34,561 nt of DNA from Candidatus Planktophila sp. (GCA_964201135.1 CAXNDE010000001.1:1-34561), one strand, 5' to 3'. Shown: positions 7,476-18,864, counted from the stretch's first letter. Notes: generated by a model from the letters alone, not told the origin. Translations and numbers: made by a program.

Positions 7476-8144
7476 ATGAATGAACGAGTGCTAATTGTGA
7501 TCGATGATGGATTTGAGCTCTCTACTCTAGTGCCGGCGCTGAGATTGCATGAGATGGATATCATCGGTGAAGCGCGAAGTGAGAGCATGGCACTCAATCT
7601 CCTCAATCGGTTGCAGCCAGATGTGGTACTCCTTGATATGCATGTGGCTGGTATTTCAGCGATAAAGATTGCAGTCAATCTGCGCAAGGCTAAGCCTGAA
7701 GTTGGCATAGTTATTTTGGAGAGCTGCTCTGATGTGCGACTACTTGGTGATCGGAATATGGATATACCGATGGGGAGCAAGATAATCTTAAAAAAATCTG
7801 CAACTGACCTGTTGATTCTCTGTGCTGCAATCTCTGACTCTCAACTCTCAGCCAAGGAAAACCATGAGGTTTCATGGATCAATGGCAGTGTCTCAATCTA
7901 TGAAAAATCCTTACAAGAGCTGCTTCTACATCTGACCGATGCTCAAGTGCAAACTCTGCGCTTAGTTGCCGATGGACTCACCAATGCTCAGATTGGTCGA
8001 GTCAGATATACAAGTGAAAAAGCCGTAGAGCAGATTATCTCTCGGGTAGCACAGGAGTTTAATATTCAGCCAGATCGCAATCGCAATATGCGCGTGCAGT
8101 TAGTCAATGAGTATTACAAGTGGTTAGGCGCGCCACACCACTAA
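7476..8144 (+). CDS. NarL/LuxR-type response regulator (REC + HTH), no adjacent kinase
   Basis: VLIVIDD, PDVVLLDM phospho-acceptor, LTDAQVQTLRLVADGLTNAQIG HTH; TACCTT 6 nt before ATG 7476. Confidence 0.85.
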   Translation: MNERVLIVIDDGFELSTLVPALRLHEMDIIGEARSESMALNLLNRLQPDVVLLDMHVAGISAIKIAVNLRKAKPEVGIVILESCSDVRLLGDRNMDIPMGSKIILKKSATDLLILCAAISDSQLSAKENHEVSWINGSVSIYEKSLQELLLHLTDAQVQTLRLVADGLTNAQIGRVRYTSEKAVEQIISRVAQEFNIQPDRNRNMRVQLVNEYYKWLGAPHH

Positions 8145-8184
8145 AGCACAATGCACCCAGCAATCATGGGTAAAATTGCCGGCT

Positions 8185-8442
8185 ATGGAACTGCCAGAGA
8201 TACGAAATCGTTGGAACGATATTCTCGATGCTCTCTTGGCTGCCGATCGAATCGCTTGGCTAGCTTTTTTTGATGCCCGCTTAGCCGATTTTGATGGAAC
8301 AACATTGACCCTGGATTTCTCCGATAGTCGAAAGCTTGGCGGTGCCCACGAATACTCAGCTGCGCGGATAAAACAGCAACAAATACTGATTTCAATAATC
8401 AAGGAACTGCTTGCGATCGATGTTGAGATTGTCGAAGTATGA
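8185..8442 (+). CDS. Small hypothetical protein resembling stand-alone DnaA domain I / DnaX C-terminal / DciA-like KH-type domain
   Basis: W..IL..L......AW......RL..FDG.TLTL.F ... I.ELL...VEI pattern; ATGA coupling to the next gene; fold call by eye only. Confidence 0.6.
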   Translation: MELPEIRNRWNDILDALLAADRIAWLAFFDARLADFDGTTLTLDFSDSRKLGGAHEYSAARIKQQQILISIIKELLAIDVEIVEV

Positions 8443-10055
8443 GAGTTCGCTTCCTCGTAGCGGTACTCGTATTATCTATTTTTAGCATGGGTCTGCCCAG
8501 CGCAGGTGCGGCCACATCAGCGCTATCCATGTCTGTGCGCCAGACTCCATCAACTACTGAAGCACTACTCACCTTCTATGGCGTGATAAAACCCGCTAAA
8601 TCGGGTATAGCAGTCGCAATCCAAATAAATAGCGCCGGCACATGGAAGCCAACACGATTTAAGACAAAAACCACTAAGGCTGGTACTTGGAAGATCACAG
8701 CACTTGCAACAGCGATGGAGTCAAAGGTTTCCTACCGGGCAAGTGCGGTTGCAAGTGGGAAGAAGATTTACTCAGCAACTCGATCCATAACTATTAAACA
8801 GATTGTGGAGGTTTCTGAGGCCGATCCAGCACTCGTTATCTCTGCCTCTGGTCCAGGAGGAAGGATTCATGGCGCCGATATAAGTCGCTGGCAACATCCC
8901 AATGACAAGGCGATTGACTTTGTAAAAATGTACGATGCTGGACTTCGATTTGTCATGATAAAGGCATCAGATACGCGCGATGATGCCGATGCCTTGACAC
9001 TTAAATATTTAGTGATGGATCACAGCGCCGCCCAGGCTGCAGGAATCTATACAGGTTTTTATCACTACGCCATTCTGCCTAACGTCTCAGATAATGCTGG
9101 AATAATTCGCGATGCAACTGCACAGGCACAGAAAGTGCTCTGGCGACTGGCATCTATCGGCGGATACACCCAGCGTGATCTGCCTTATGCCCTCGATCTT
9201 GAGAATGCATGTGTTCAAGTCTCCTCTGGTGCGTGTACGAAATACGCCACACGTAGCCACGTCACGCTATGGGCTACAACATTTCTAGGTCTGCTCAAAG
9301 AGAAGACCGGTAAAACTCCGATCTTGTACTCCTACTCCAATTTTCTTGAGGGCTCTATGGTTCGAAGCGCTGAACTGGCTCAATATCCACTCTGGTTAGC
9401 ACAGTATGCAATCGATCCATCGGATCCACTTAATGCCCCGGGATTAAAGGCCAGTGGTTGCTATGTGCACTCGTGGACTGGGGCTAACTGCGATTCGCAA
9501 TGGACGATGTGGCAGTACACATCCTGTGGAATCGCACCTAAATACGGTGTTCCAGGATCACGATTAGATCTCAATATATTTAGAGGAAACACTGCCGCCT
9601 TTCTAGATCTAGTGCAGGGTAGTTGGGCGCCTACGCTCGTAGATCTCATGCCGAGTAATGAAGCAACGCTTTTATCGGTAGTCAAACAGTCGGCAACGAC
9701 TACTGATAAATTACTCACTTTCAATGTCACCGTTTCTCGACCAGATCAATCCCCTGTAGTCACTGGCAGCGTAAAATTAGTATTTGATGCAGTTAGTGTT
9801 CCAAGCGTGAAACCAACACAGACTGTATTACGCGCCACAAGTGGGGCATGGACTCTTGCCGTTAAAGATATGCCGGCTGGAACCTATACAGGAAAGATTC
9901 TCTTTAGCGATGTATCTAAAACGCACGCCGAAAGTTCACAACCAGTTATTTTTACCATTGAACAGGGGCCGATTCCATCAGTATCTGCAACACCAACTAC
10001 TAAGCCAACACCGAAACCCTCAGTTAATGGCTGTGCGAAACAGATTAAGAATTAA
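8439..10055 (+). CDS. Secreted GH25 muramidase (lysozyme) with flanking beta-rich domains
   Basis: Signal peptide; GADISRWQ, FVMIKAS, GFYHY, ALDLE (DxE), LWLAQY, WTMWQYTS, LDLNIF motifs; Thr/Pro-rich tail. Confidence 0.88.
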   Translation: MRVRFLVAVLVLSIFSMGLPSAGAATSALSMSVRQTPSTTEALLTFYGVIKPAKSGIAVAIQINSAGTWKPTRFKTKTTKAGTWKITALATAMESKVSYRASAVASGKKIYSATRSITIKQIVEVSEADPALVISASGPGGRIHGADISRWQHPNDKAIDFVKMYDAGLRFVMIKASDTRDDADALTLKYLVMDHSAAQAAGIYTGFYHYAILPNVSDNAGIIRDATAQAQKVLWRLASIGGYTQRDLPYALDLENACVQVSSGACTKYATRSHVTLWATTFLGLLKEKTGKTPILYSYSNFLEGSMVRSAELAQYPLWLAQYAIDPSDPLNAPGLKASGCYVHSWTGANCDSQWTMWQYTSCGIAPKYGVPGSRLDLNIFRGNTAAFLDLVQGSWAPTLVDLMPSNEATLLSVVKQSATTTDKLLTFNVTVSRPDQSPVVTGSVKLVFDAVSVPSVKPTQTVLRATSGAWTLAVKDMPAGTYTGKILFSDVSKTHAESSQPVIFTIEQGPIPSVSATPTTKPTPKPSVNGCAKQIKN

Positions 10056-11718
10056 CTTTATCGCTCTTGCCTAAAAGCTCATCCAGGGCAGCTAGTTCGC
10101 GCTCTACGAGTGATTCGTAAGCAGCCACGGAGGCTCTGCGCTCTTTTGCAGACCAGCCCAAAACTGGGGCGATAATCTCGGCGATCGCATCAGCTAAATC
10201 AAGGCCCTGGTTGTGAGCTTCAAATGCGATGCGGGTACGGCGCGAAATTACATCATCTACAGTGCGCGCACCTTCATGGCTAACGGCGTAATAAATCTCG
10301 GCCTTGATATAGGGCAGATCAGCGTCAAGCTTCTGTGCTAGCGATGGATCCCGTTTAATTAAATCCAAGATCTCGCTAATCAATGAGCCGTAACGATTGA
10401 GCAGATGTGTCACTGTTTGACTATCCAACCCACTCTCATCGGCGATTGGCTCTATCTGTTGCACAAGTGCAAAGTAACCATCGGCACCGATGAGCGGAAG
10501 TTTTTCAGTCACCGACTCAGGGCTCAGCTTGCGAAGCTCATTAACTGCAAGGTCGATAACATCTCGGCCCATGATGCGATAGGTGGTGTATTTGCCACCA
10601 GCGATACTGACAAAGCCTGGGGCTGGGCGATCAACGGTGTGCTCGCGCGAGAGTTTCGTTGTCACTGAGCCCTTGTTATTAGCAACCAGCGGACGCAGAC
10701 CAGCATAAACACCGATTATCTCATCAATCTTTAGCTGTGGAGTTAATACACGGTTTGCTTGATCAAGGATGTACTGGACATCTTCGGGATTAGCAATTGG
10801 TTCGGCGCGATCACCCGTGTATGGCGTATCAGTTGTTCCAACAATCCATTTATCTGCCCATGGAATAATAAAGAGAACCGACACTGGTGTTTTAAGAATT
10901 ATTCCGGCATCAGACTTAATCGCCGATCCTGGCAGAACAATATGAACGCCTTTGGACATCGTCACGTTGTATCCAGCCTTCAGATCAAAGTTTGCATGAA
11001 GCTCATCGCTCCAAATCCCGGCGCACATGACCGTGACCGTAGCCTTTATTGCAAGCATTTCTCCGCTGACTAAATCCCTGGCCTTAACGCCAACCACGCG
11101 TTTGCCATCGCGAATGAGGGCTTCGGCGCTTACGCGTGTAGCGATGATTGCGCCGTGGCGTGCGGCAGTGCGTGCAACTGAAAGTGTATGTCGAGCATCA
11201 TCGACTTGAGCATCAAAATATTTAATCGCACCCAAGATGATGTCAGGGCGCAGTGATGGTGCAATCTCATTAATCTGCTTTTGACTCAGATGTTTGTGCC
11301 ATGGCATTGTCCGCTGAAAGCCACGCAAGGCATCGTATAAGGCAAGACCTGCGCCAACATATGTACGCTCTTTAAACTTTTCAGTCAGCGGAAAAAGAAA
11401 ACCAACGGGCTTAACTAAGTGTGGACAGAGAGTTGATACTAATAGCTCCCGCTCCTGCAGAGCCTCTCGAACTAATTTAAAGTCGTACTGCTCGAGATAG
11501 CGCAGACCGCCGTGAATCAACTTGCTCGAACGGCTAGATGTACCTGCGGCGATATCTTGAGATTCGATTAACGCGACTTTTAAACCGCGAGAGGCGGCAT
11601 CAAGAGCGGCCCCGACGCCATTTACTCCACCACCGATAACGAGAACATCAAAACTCTCACTACCTAGAGCCGTGATGGCGCTCTGGCGTTGATCGGGGTT
11701 GAGTTGGGTTAAAAACAT
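10045..11718 (-). CDS. glpD: FAD-dependent glycerol-3-phosphate dehydrogenase
   Basis: [45 protein letters not shown]. Confidence 0.95.
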   Translation of the reverse strand: MFLTQLNPDQRQSAITALGSESFDVLVIGGGVNGVGAALDAASRGLKVALIESQDIAAGTSSRSSKLIHGGLRYLEQYDFKLVREALQERELLVSTLCPHLVKPVGFLFPLTEKFKERTYVGAGLALYDALRGFQRTMPWHKHLSQKQINEIAPSLRPDIILGAIKYFDAQVDDARHTLSVARTAARHGAIIATRVSAEALIRDGKRVVGVKARDLVSGEMLAIKATVTVMCAGIWSDELHANFDLKAGYNVTMSKGVHIVLPGSAIKSDAGIILKTPVSVLFIIPWADKWIVGTTDTPYTGDRAEPIANPEDVQYILDQANRVLTPQLKIDEIIGVYAGLRPLVANNKGSVTTKLSREHTVDRPAPGFVSIAGGKYTTYRIMGRDVIDLAVNELRKLSPESVTEKLPLIGADGYFALVQQIEPIADESGLDSQTVTHLLNRYGSLISEILDLIKRDPSLAQKLDADLPYIKAEIYYAVSHEGARTVDDVISRRTRIAFEAHNQGLDLADAIAEIIAPVLGWSAKERRASVAAYESLVERELAALDELLGKSDKVNS

Positions 11719-11786
11719 ACGCGTTGCATCTCCATTATGGCCTTTGTAGAGTTAAGCCTAACCCAACAGAGACGAGTTTGCCTCAC

Positions 11787-13274
11787 GTGAAATACATCGG
11801 CAGTTTGGATCAGGGTACGAGCAGTACTCGTTTTATGATCTTTGATCATGGCGGAAAAGTTGTGGGCCAACATCAAGTTGAGCACCGACAGATACTGCCC
11901 CAAGCTGGTTGGGTCGAACACGATGCCAATGAAATCTGGGAGCGCGCGCAGGAAACCATAGTGGGCGCACTCAAGCAGGCCGATATTTTGGGATCAGATT
12001 TAGCTGGGATTGGAATTACTAATCAGCGCGAAACGACCGTTGTGTGGGATGTGACGAGCGGCCAGCCCCTTTCCAATGCCATTGTCTGGCAGGACACACG
12101 GAGCACTGAGTTTTTAGCTGGGCTAAGTCAGGATGAGCAGACAACTATTCGCTTTAAAACTGGATTAACGATTGCTCCCTACTTTGCAGGTAGCAAAATG
12201 AACTGGCTACTCAGCAATGTGCCAGCAGCTCGTGGGGTAAATGCCCGCTTTGGAACGATTGATTCATGGCTTTTATGGAACTTATCGGGTGGGGTGCGTG
12301 GCGGCATCCATGCCACAGATGTAACAAATGCAAGTCGCACACTCTTGATGAATCTTGAGACGCTGGATTGGGACGACGAACTTCTTAAAATATTTGGAGT
12401 TGCAAAGCAGTCATTGCCGATTATTAAATCCTCATCAGAACAGTATGGCCTCACCGATCCACATGGTCCCTTTGGCACAGCGATTCCGATCGCTGGAATC
12501 GTAGGTGATCAACAGGCTGCAATGGTAGGGCAGGTATGTTTTGAGCAAGGAGAATCCAAGACGACATATGGCACAGGTAACTTTGCTCTCCTTAATACTG
12601 GCACTGAAATCGTTAGGTCAGGCAATGGCTTGCTAACAACGGTATGTTTTAAATTCGGAGATGAACCTGCACGATATGCACTAGAAGGTTCAGTTGCAGT
12701 GACCGGCTCAGCGATTCAGTGGCTGCGTGATCAACTAGGAATTATTAGCAACGCTGCAGAGATTGAAAATTTAGCTGCATCTGTAACAGACACAGCGGGT
12801 GTCTATTTTGTACCTGCATTCTCCGGACTCTTTGCACCGTATTGGCGCAGCGATGCACGGGGTGCGATAGTGGGCTTAACACGCGCAGCTACAAAGGCTC
12901 ACCTTGCGCGCGCAGCCCTTGAAGCCATCTGTTATCAAACTCGCGATGTTATGGATGCAATGGTCGCCGATAGCGGTGTACCAATGAGGCAGATGCGAGT
13001 CGATGGCGGCATCACTGCAAACTCTCTCTGTATGCAGATGCAGGCCGACATTATGGGAATCGATATATCTAAACCATTAATCGCAGAAACAACTGCATTA
13101 GGTGCTGCATATGCTGCAGGCCTGGCCGTTGGTTTTTGGTCTTCACAACAGGAGCTTCGATCACAATGGCAAGAATCTCGCCGCTGGTCACCCACTAGTA
13201 CGCCAGATAGTCGCGAAAAAGACTATACACAATGGAAAAAAGCCGTTGAAAGAACCTTGAACTGGATCGATTAA
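11787..13274 (+). CDS. glpK: Glycerol kinase
   Basis: [57 protein letters not shown]; likely GTG start 11787. Confidence 0.96.
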   Translation: MKYIGSLDQGTSSTRFMIFDHGGKVVGQHQVEHRQILPQAGWVEHDANEIWERAQETIVGALKQADILGSDLAGIGITNQRETTVVWDVTSGQPLSNAIVWQDTRSTEFLAGLSQDEQTTIRFKTGLTIAPYFAGSKMNWLLSNVPAARGVNARFGTIDSWLLWNLSGGVRGGIHATDVTNASRTLLMNLETLDWDDELLKIFGVAKQSLPIIKSSSEQYGLTDPHGPFGTAIPIAGIVGDQQAAMVGQVCFEQGESKTTYGTGNFALLNTGTEIVRSGNGLLTTVCFKFGDEPARYALEGSVAVTGSAIQWLRDQLGIISNAAEIENLAASVTDTAGVYFVPAFSGLFAPYWRSDARGAIVGLTRAATKAHLARAALEAICYQTRDVMDAMVADSGVPMRQMRVDGGITANSLCMQMQADIMGIDISKPLIAETTALGAAYAAGLAVGFWSSQQELRSQWQESRRWSPTSTPDSREKDYTQWKKAVERTLNWID

Positions 13275-15373
13275 ATCTTTGTAATCTCAATTACACAGGC
13301 ATTTGCTGGTGCAAGAATTGGTGCGCTAACACCTAGCTGAGCTAGAGCCGATCCTGAGAGTTGTATCCCATCCATCCACGCAGGCGGTGTTATTAACATA
13401 AAACGCGGCTTACCCGCTGGATAAACAACCTTAATTGAATATGTCGCCCTCTCATCTAATCCTGGAAACTTTAGTACCGCTGGATGAATTGCAACCGTTG
13501 GCGTTAACTGAACATAGGCAAATATCGCCCGTGATTTATCGTGAGCAGTAACTCCGTGCAGATATCCATGAGGATCTGGATAATCAACACGTACCATTCG
13601 GCCACTATGTAAAACTCCACGATTAACCTTGTAATAGTTAGCCCACGTTTTTAAATAAGCACGCTCTTCGGATGTAGCCTCAGTGATATTCCATTCCACC
13701 CCAGCATGACCAAAGAGCGCCGTTACTGCTCGCATAGAAAGTTCGAGTGTTCGACCAGTCTGATGACCACGCGTTGGCCCAATATGTGTTCCCAACATCT
13801 CGGGTGGAATAACTTGAGCGCTCCATCGTTGAATACTTTGGCGCTCGAGTGCATCGTTGTTATCACTTGTCCAAAAACGATCAACGTAATCGATAACACC
13901 AAGATCAATTCGCGCGCCACCCGATGCACAGGATTCGATTTCAAGACCAGGATGGCGTTTTTTGAGCTCGGTGAATAAACGGTAGATAGCCTGTGTTTGT
14001 GTGCGTACACCGGCCCGCCCCAAGTGACCGGAATCGACTAAGACTCGGTTGTGATCCCATTTAATATAGGCGATCTCATGCGCTTTTAGAACTGCAGATG
14101 TCTGTTCGAGAACATGGCTATAGGCGCCCTCATGGGCTAAATCTAGAACTAATTGGTGGCGCCACAATGGTGGAACACGCTCACCTTCATGCAAGATCCA
14201 TTCGGGGTGGGCGCGATATAGATCAGAGTCTTCATTAACCATCTCGCCCTCAAACCACAAACCAAACTCAATGCCTTTTGAATTAATATATTTAATTATC
14301 GGTGTTAAACCATTGGGCCACACCTCTGGGTCGATTACCCAATCCCCTAAACCTGCTCGGTCATTACGCCGTGAATGAAACCAGCCATCATCTAATACAA
14401 CGCGCTCGATACCGATATCGGCGGCGACATCAACGAGCTCCTTAATCGCCTCCTCATCGTGATTGAAATAGAGCGCCTCCCACAAATTTAGTGTGAGCGG
14501 ACGTGGGCGTTGAGGATGCATCGTTCGGGCGCGAATATGTGAATGGTAGGCCGCACTAATGCCGTCGAGCCCATCTTGTGAGTAGACCGAGACCATGGCA
14601 GGTGCTACGTATGTAGCCCCAGGTGCGAGCACAACCTCGCCAGGCAATAAAAGTTCGCCCGCGCCGATTGATTGTTGACCATCAAAACCGCGCTCGATTA
14701 AGTAATGCGAGTTACCGCTCCAGGCAATACTCGAAGCCCAAGCAGCTCCACTCTGAAAGCTTGTGTTTGCAGTGAGGGCGATGTCAGCGATTGAAAAATT
14801 GTGCCCACTCCTTCCCTCACGGGATTCGCGCACCCACGTACCGATTGCAATATCGCGCCGTTGTGGTTGGCGCTCATTGGACCATCGGCCTGCGAAATCT
14901 AAACTCTGTTGGGCCTCCTGTGGCAATGGCAGCCAGTGAATATATTCATTAAGGATGTAATCATTATTACCGATATTTTTTACAGTTGCCTCTTGCGTGA
15001 GCACTCCGAATGTATCCATAGTGATAGTAATAAGAGTTTCTAGCTCGGCATGAAAATCGCGCAATGTTATTGTGCAGTGATTATCAACGTGGTGGAAATC
15101 GGTAACTTCAAACTTAGTTGACCAGGCTGTGCCCAATCGATGCCCACTCAATGTTGGACGGCCTAAAAACCCGCGTGCGCTTTCACGCATAATTCCGGGG
15201 CTTTGTGGCTGATCCCATGAGCTATTAGCAATCGATACTCGGCCGGCGATAGCTGCATCGGTGATCACACCAACCAGAAGTGCGCCCCAATGGCCGATAA
15301 CAAGTGCGCCATCGACGACTTCGAGCAGCAACGAACTACTTTCGCTGCGAAGGTGTGCCGATTGCTTAACCAC
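13271..15373 (-). CDS. Alpha-galactosidase, GH36
   Basis: [55 protein letters not shown]. Confidence 0.93.
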   Translation of the reverse strand: MVKQSAHLRSESSSLLLEVVDGALVIGHWGALLVGVITDAAIAGRVSIANSSWDQPQSPGIMRESARGFLGRPTLSGHRLGTAWSTKFEVTDFHHVDNHCTITLRDFHAELETLITITMDTFGVLTQEATVKNIGNNDYILNEYIHWLPLPQEAQQSLDFAGRWSNERQPQRRDIAIGTWVRESREGRSGHNFSIADIALTANTSFQSGAAWASSIAWSGNSHYLIERGFDGQQSIGAGELLLPGEVVLAPGATYVAPAMVSVYSQDGLDGISAAYHSHIRARTMHPQRPRPLTLNLWEALYFNHDEEAIKELVDVAADIGIERVVLDDGWFHSRRNDRAGLGDWVIDPEVWPNGLTPIIKYINSKGIEFGLWFEGEMVNEDSDLYRAHPEWILHEGERVPPLWRHQLVLDLAHEGAYSHVLEQTSAVLKAHEIAYIKWDHNRVLVDSGHLGRAGVRTQTQAIYRLFTELKKRHPGLEIESCASGGARIDLGVIDYVDRFWTSDNNDALERQSIQRWSAQVIPPEMLGTHIGPTRGHQTGRTLELSMRAVTALFGHAGVEWNITEATSEERAYLKTWANYYKVNRGVLHSGRMVRVDYPDPHGYLHGVTAHDKSRAIFAYVQLTPTVAIHPAVLKFPGLDERATYSIKVVYPAGKPRFMLITPPAWMDGIQLSGSALAQLGVSAPILAPANACVIEITKI

Positions 15374-15378
15374 ACAGG

Positions 15379-15385
15379 TAGAGTA
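15379..15385. promoter_or_regulatory. Candidate overlapping bidirectional -10 elements (TAGAGT on +, TACTCT on -)
   Basis: Both TAnnnT hexamers lie in the 20-bp spacer between divergent start codons 15373 and 15394. Confidence 0.55.
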
Positions 15386-15393
15386 ACGACACT

Positions 15394-16506
15394 ATGGCGC
15401 AGAGTAAAAGATTATCGGCGGGCATCACACGCACTAATCGTGAGATGGCCGATGGCCGCACCATTCGCTATTACGACACTGCCAATCAATCCCGCAACGC
15501 CACAGATCAGCGCCCAATAGAAGAACAACCGGCGATCGGCGAACTTCGCCTTGATCCCCTAGTCAATGAATGGGTTGCGATGGCCGCCCACCGTCAAGGG
15601 CGAATCTTTTTACCGCCTAAAGAGCTCTGTCCGCTCTGTCCATCTACGGGCGAACTCTTAACTGAAGTTCCTGAATCTGATTTTGAAGTAGTTGTCTTTG
15701 ATAATCGCTCACCATCTCTGCGACCACCAGCTAGAGATTGGGCCCTGCCTGATCGAGTTGGTCCAGAAACAGATTTAGGTACGGCAGCTGGAAAGTGTGA
15801 AGTGATTTGTTTTACCGCCGATCATGGAAAATCCTTTAAGGATTTAACTCCGGCACGAGTGCGAACCTTGCTAGAGGCCTGGATTGATCGCACCGAGGAG
15901 CTCTCACTCGAGCCATACATCGCACACATCGCAGCCTTTGAAAACCGTGGCGAAGAAATCGGCGTAACACTTTCACATCCGCATGGTCAAATTTATGCCT
16001 ATTCATATCTACCACCACGTGTTGAAAAGATGTTGGCGGCGGCGAAATCATATAAAGAGTCAACGGGAAAGGTTTTATTTGATGAAGTCATTGCACGTGA
16101 AATCCGCGATGATGAGCGCATCATCGCCCGCAATGATCGCTGGATTGCTTTTGTCCCATTCGCATCGCGCTACCCATTTGAAATTCACGTTGCACCTCTC
16201 AACCCAGTTGCAGATTTAGCGGCACTGACCCAGGAAGATCGTGATGCATTCCCTGTAATAGCCCTCGAAGTCATGAAGCGATTAGATGGCGTATTTGGAA
16301 TCGAAATGGCCTACATCGCCGCCTGGCACCAAGCCCCGGTCCGTATTGGCCGCGATCTTCTGCGACTGCACTGGGCGATCACAAGTGTTCGTCGCGCCCC
16401 TGGAAAGTTAAAGTATTTAGCAGGCTCTGAATCTGCGATGGGTGCATTTATTATGGATATGCGTCCTGAGCAATCAGCGGCCCAGCTTCGCGAAGTCACA
16501 CTCTAA
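15394..16506 (+). CDS. galT: Galactose-1-phosphate uridylyltransferase
   Basis: HRQGR, CPLCP, FENRGEEIGVTLSHPHGQIY, KLKYLAGSE. Confidence 0.96.
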   Translation: MAQSKRLSAGITRTNREMADGRTIRYYDTANQSRNATDQRPIEEQPAIGELRLDPLVNEWVAMAAHRQGRIFLPPKELCPLCPSTGELLTEVPESDFEVVVFDNRSPSLRPPARDWALPDRVGPETDLGTAAGKCEVICFTADHGKSFKDLTPARVRTLLEAWIDRTEELSLEPYIAHIAAFENRGEEIGVTLSHPHGQIYAYSYLPPRVEKMLAAAKSYKESTGKVLFDEVIAREIRDDERIIARNDRWIAFVPFASRYPFEIHVAPLNPVADLAALTQEDRDAFPVIALEVMKRLDGVFGIEMAYIAAWHQAPVRIGRDLLRLHWAITSVRRAPGKLKYLAGSESAMGAFIMDMRPEQSAAQLREVTL

Positions 16507-17462
16507 TGATGCAGGTACTCATCACTGGAGGCACGGGCTACATCGGTTCCACTGCCGTAGAAATCATGCGCAGCCAGGGATATGAAATCTCTATCGTGGA
16601 TGATTGCAGTACTGGCCATGCCGATAGCGTGCCAGCGGGTGTGCGTTTTGTGCATGGCTCGCTCTTAAATCCTGCAGATATCGCCAAAGCCCTTGTGGGT
16701 GTCGATGCCGTTTTGCACTTTGCAGGTAAATCTTTAGTTGGAGAGTCAGTTGAAAAACCAGATTTGTACCACCAAGTAAATGTCGATGGTACGCGAATCC
16801 TGCTCGATCAGATGCGCATAGCTGGCGTTAAAAAAATTGTCTTCTCATCATCGGCAGCTACATATGGCCAACCTAGGCAGATTCCAATTAAAGAAAACGC
16901 TGAGACGGCCCCTACTAATCCGTATGGTGCTACCAAATTAGCCATTGATCAGATGATGAGTACCGAGTCAGAGCAACGAGGAATCGCGGCAGTATCCCTT
17001 CGATACTTTAATGTTGCTGGTGCACTCCACTGTGACCGTGGATGGCTAGCCGAGCGCCATAACCCTGAGACACATTTGATTCCGAATCTATTGCGCAGTA
17101 CACCGCAAAACCCAGTCAAGATCTTTGGTAATGACTGGCCAACCCCTGATGGCACATGCATCCGCGACTATGTTCATGTCATTGATTTAATCGATGCACA
17201 TATCAAGGCACTGGAAGCACTGGTAGATGGTGAGCATGAGATTTACAACTTAGGTAGCGGAGATGGCTACTCGGTTCGCCAAGTAGTTGCCGCGGCATCA
17301 AAGGCAATTGGTTACCCCATTTCAACTCGTGACTCTGCCCGTCGCCCAGGAGATACCGCAGTTCTCATTGCAGATATAAGCAAGGCTAAAGATGGCCTTG
17401 GCTGGATACCTACCCGTGGAATTCAGGCGATGGTCGCCGATACGTTGGCCTCATTTAACTAA
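16506..17462 (+). CDS. galE: UDP-glucose 4-epimerase
   Basis: VLITGGTGYIGS, FSSSAATYG, NPYGATK, LRYFNVAG, DGTCIRDYVHV. Confidence 0.94.
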   Translation: MMQVLITGGTGYIGSTAVEIMRSQGYEISIVDDCSTGHADSVPAGVRFVHGSLLNPADIAKALVGVDAVLHFAGKSLVGESVEKPDLYHQVNVDGTRILLDQMRIAGVKKIVFSSSAATYGQPRQIPIKENAETAPTNPYGATKLAIDQMMSTESEQRGIAAVSLRYFNVAGALHCDRGWLAERHNPETHLIPNLLRSTPQNPVKIFGNDWPTPDGTCIRDYVHVIDLIDAHIKALEALVDGEHEIYNLGSGDGYSVRQVVAAASKAIGYPISTRDSARRPGDTAVLIADISKAKDGLGWIPTRGIQAMVADTLASFN

Positions 17463-17464
17463 CT

Positions 17465-18610
17465 ATGTCTATCTCCACTATCGAAAAGAAGTTTGTAGAT
17501 ACCTTTGGTCAGAGCCCTGAAGTAATCGCCGCCGCACCTGGGCGCGTTAATTTAATCGGTGAACATATCGATTACAGCGATGGCTATGTCTTGCCCTTTG
17601 CAATCGCCGACCGCACATACGCCGCACTACGCAGACGCCGCGACCGCTTAGTGCGAATCGCATCTGCTCAGCGCAAAAACACGGTTATCACTGTCAATCT
17701 CGATGAGGTGCACCCAGGTCTTAAGGGTCAGTGGGAGCGTTATGTATTAAGCGTCATCTGGGCGATGCAGGTTAAGCATGGCGTTGATGTGATGATTGAT
17801 GGTCATGTTCCATTAGGAGCTGGGCTTTCATCATCTGCAGCCCTTGAGTGCAGTGTTGCAACTGCTCTCAATGATTTGTTCTCCCTTGGTTTTAGCGTGG
17901 AGAGTTTAGCTCGTCTGGCACAAAAGGGTGAGAATGAGTATGTAGGTGTGCCATGTGGAATTATGGATCAATCGGTATCACTGATGGCAAAGCGCGGATC
18001 GGCGCTTCTCCTGGACTGCCGAGATTTAACTTCGAGAGATATTGCATTTGATGTTGCATCTCATGGCCTAGAACTTCTTATAATCGATACCCAAGCCCAC
18101 CACTCGTTAACTGATGGTGGTTATGCCCAGCGACGTGCATCATGTGATGGCGTTGTTGCAAAACTTGCCGTGAGGTCGATGCGCGAATTAACGATGGAAA
18201 AACTAGAAGCATCTCACGATTTGATATCTACTACTGAATTTATGAGAGCGCGCCACGCCGTCACTGAGATAGCGCGTGTTCTAGATGCAGTTAAGGCCCT
18301 CGAATCTAAAAACTTCACAACACTTGGCCATCTCTTAAATGCATCCCACGCATCTCTGCGCGATGATTACGATGTTTCCTGTCCCGAACTCAATACGGCC
18401 GTTGATGCCGCGATCACTGCCGGAGCACTCGGTGCACGGATGGTCGGTGGAGGTTTTGGAGGAAGTGCAATAGCCCTTATTAAAGCCAGCCATACACAGG
18501 AGATGATTAAATCTATAGAGGTAGCCTTTGAAAGCAAGAGATTTAAATCCCCGCGATTTTTTACTTCGCTACCAAGTCAGGGCGCCGAGATTATCCAACG
18601 GGGATTATAG
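17465..18610 (+). CDS. galK: Galactokinase
   Basis: APGRVNLIGEHIDY, PLGAGLSSSAALE, CGIMDQ, GARMVGGGFGG. Confidence 0.96.
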   Translation: MSISTIEKKFVDTFGQSPEVIAAAPGRVNLIGEHIDYSDGYVLPFAIADRTYAALRRRRDRLVRIASAQRKNTVITVNLDEVHPGLKGQWERYVLSVIWAMQVKHGVDVMIDGHVPLGAGLSSSAALECSVATALNDLFSLGFSVESLARLAQKGENEYVGVPCGIMDQSVSLMAKRGSALLLDCRDLTSRDIAFDVASHGLELLIIDTQAHHSLTDGGYAQRRASCDGVVAKLAVRSMRELTMEKLEASHDLISTTEFMRARHAVTEIARVLDAVKALESKNFTTLGHLLNASHASLRDDYDVSCPELNTAVDAAITAGALGARMVGGGFGGSAIALIKASHTQEMIKSIEVAFESKRFKSPRFFTSLPSQGAEIIQRGL

Positions 18611-18830
18611 AGATAACTTCCACGCCACCCATTGAGTTAAGCAGATCAACCAAATCACTGGGGTCATTGCCTGGCACTGCGACGGTAATATCATCGAAGC
18701 CTCGGCCACCTTCAGATTTTAAAACTACTAACTCTTTGATATCTCCACCTGCAGCACCAATTGCCGATGCAAGAAGACCTAAAGATCCAGGGCGATCTGG
18801 AAGAGCTACGTTAAGACGAAAAAGGGCCAT
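18591..18830 (-). CDS. Stand-alone ACT domain protein
   Basis: LPDRPGSLGLLASAIG...GDI ACT signature; TAAGAT 6 nt before ATG. Confidence 0.85.
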   Translation of the reverse strand: MALFRLNVALPDRPGSLGLLASAIGAAGGDIKELVVLKSEGGRGFDDITVAVPGNDPSDLVDLLNSMGGVEVISIIPVG

Positions 18831-18864
18831 GCCTTAATCTTAGCCCTTGAGTGTTTCTAACTGG

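Noticed and set aside
8439-10055. Prophage endolysin
   Set aside because: Has a signal peptide, and no holin, structural or integrase genes are nearby
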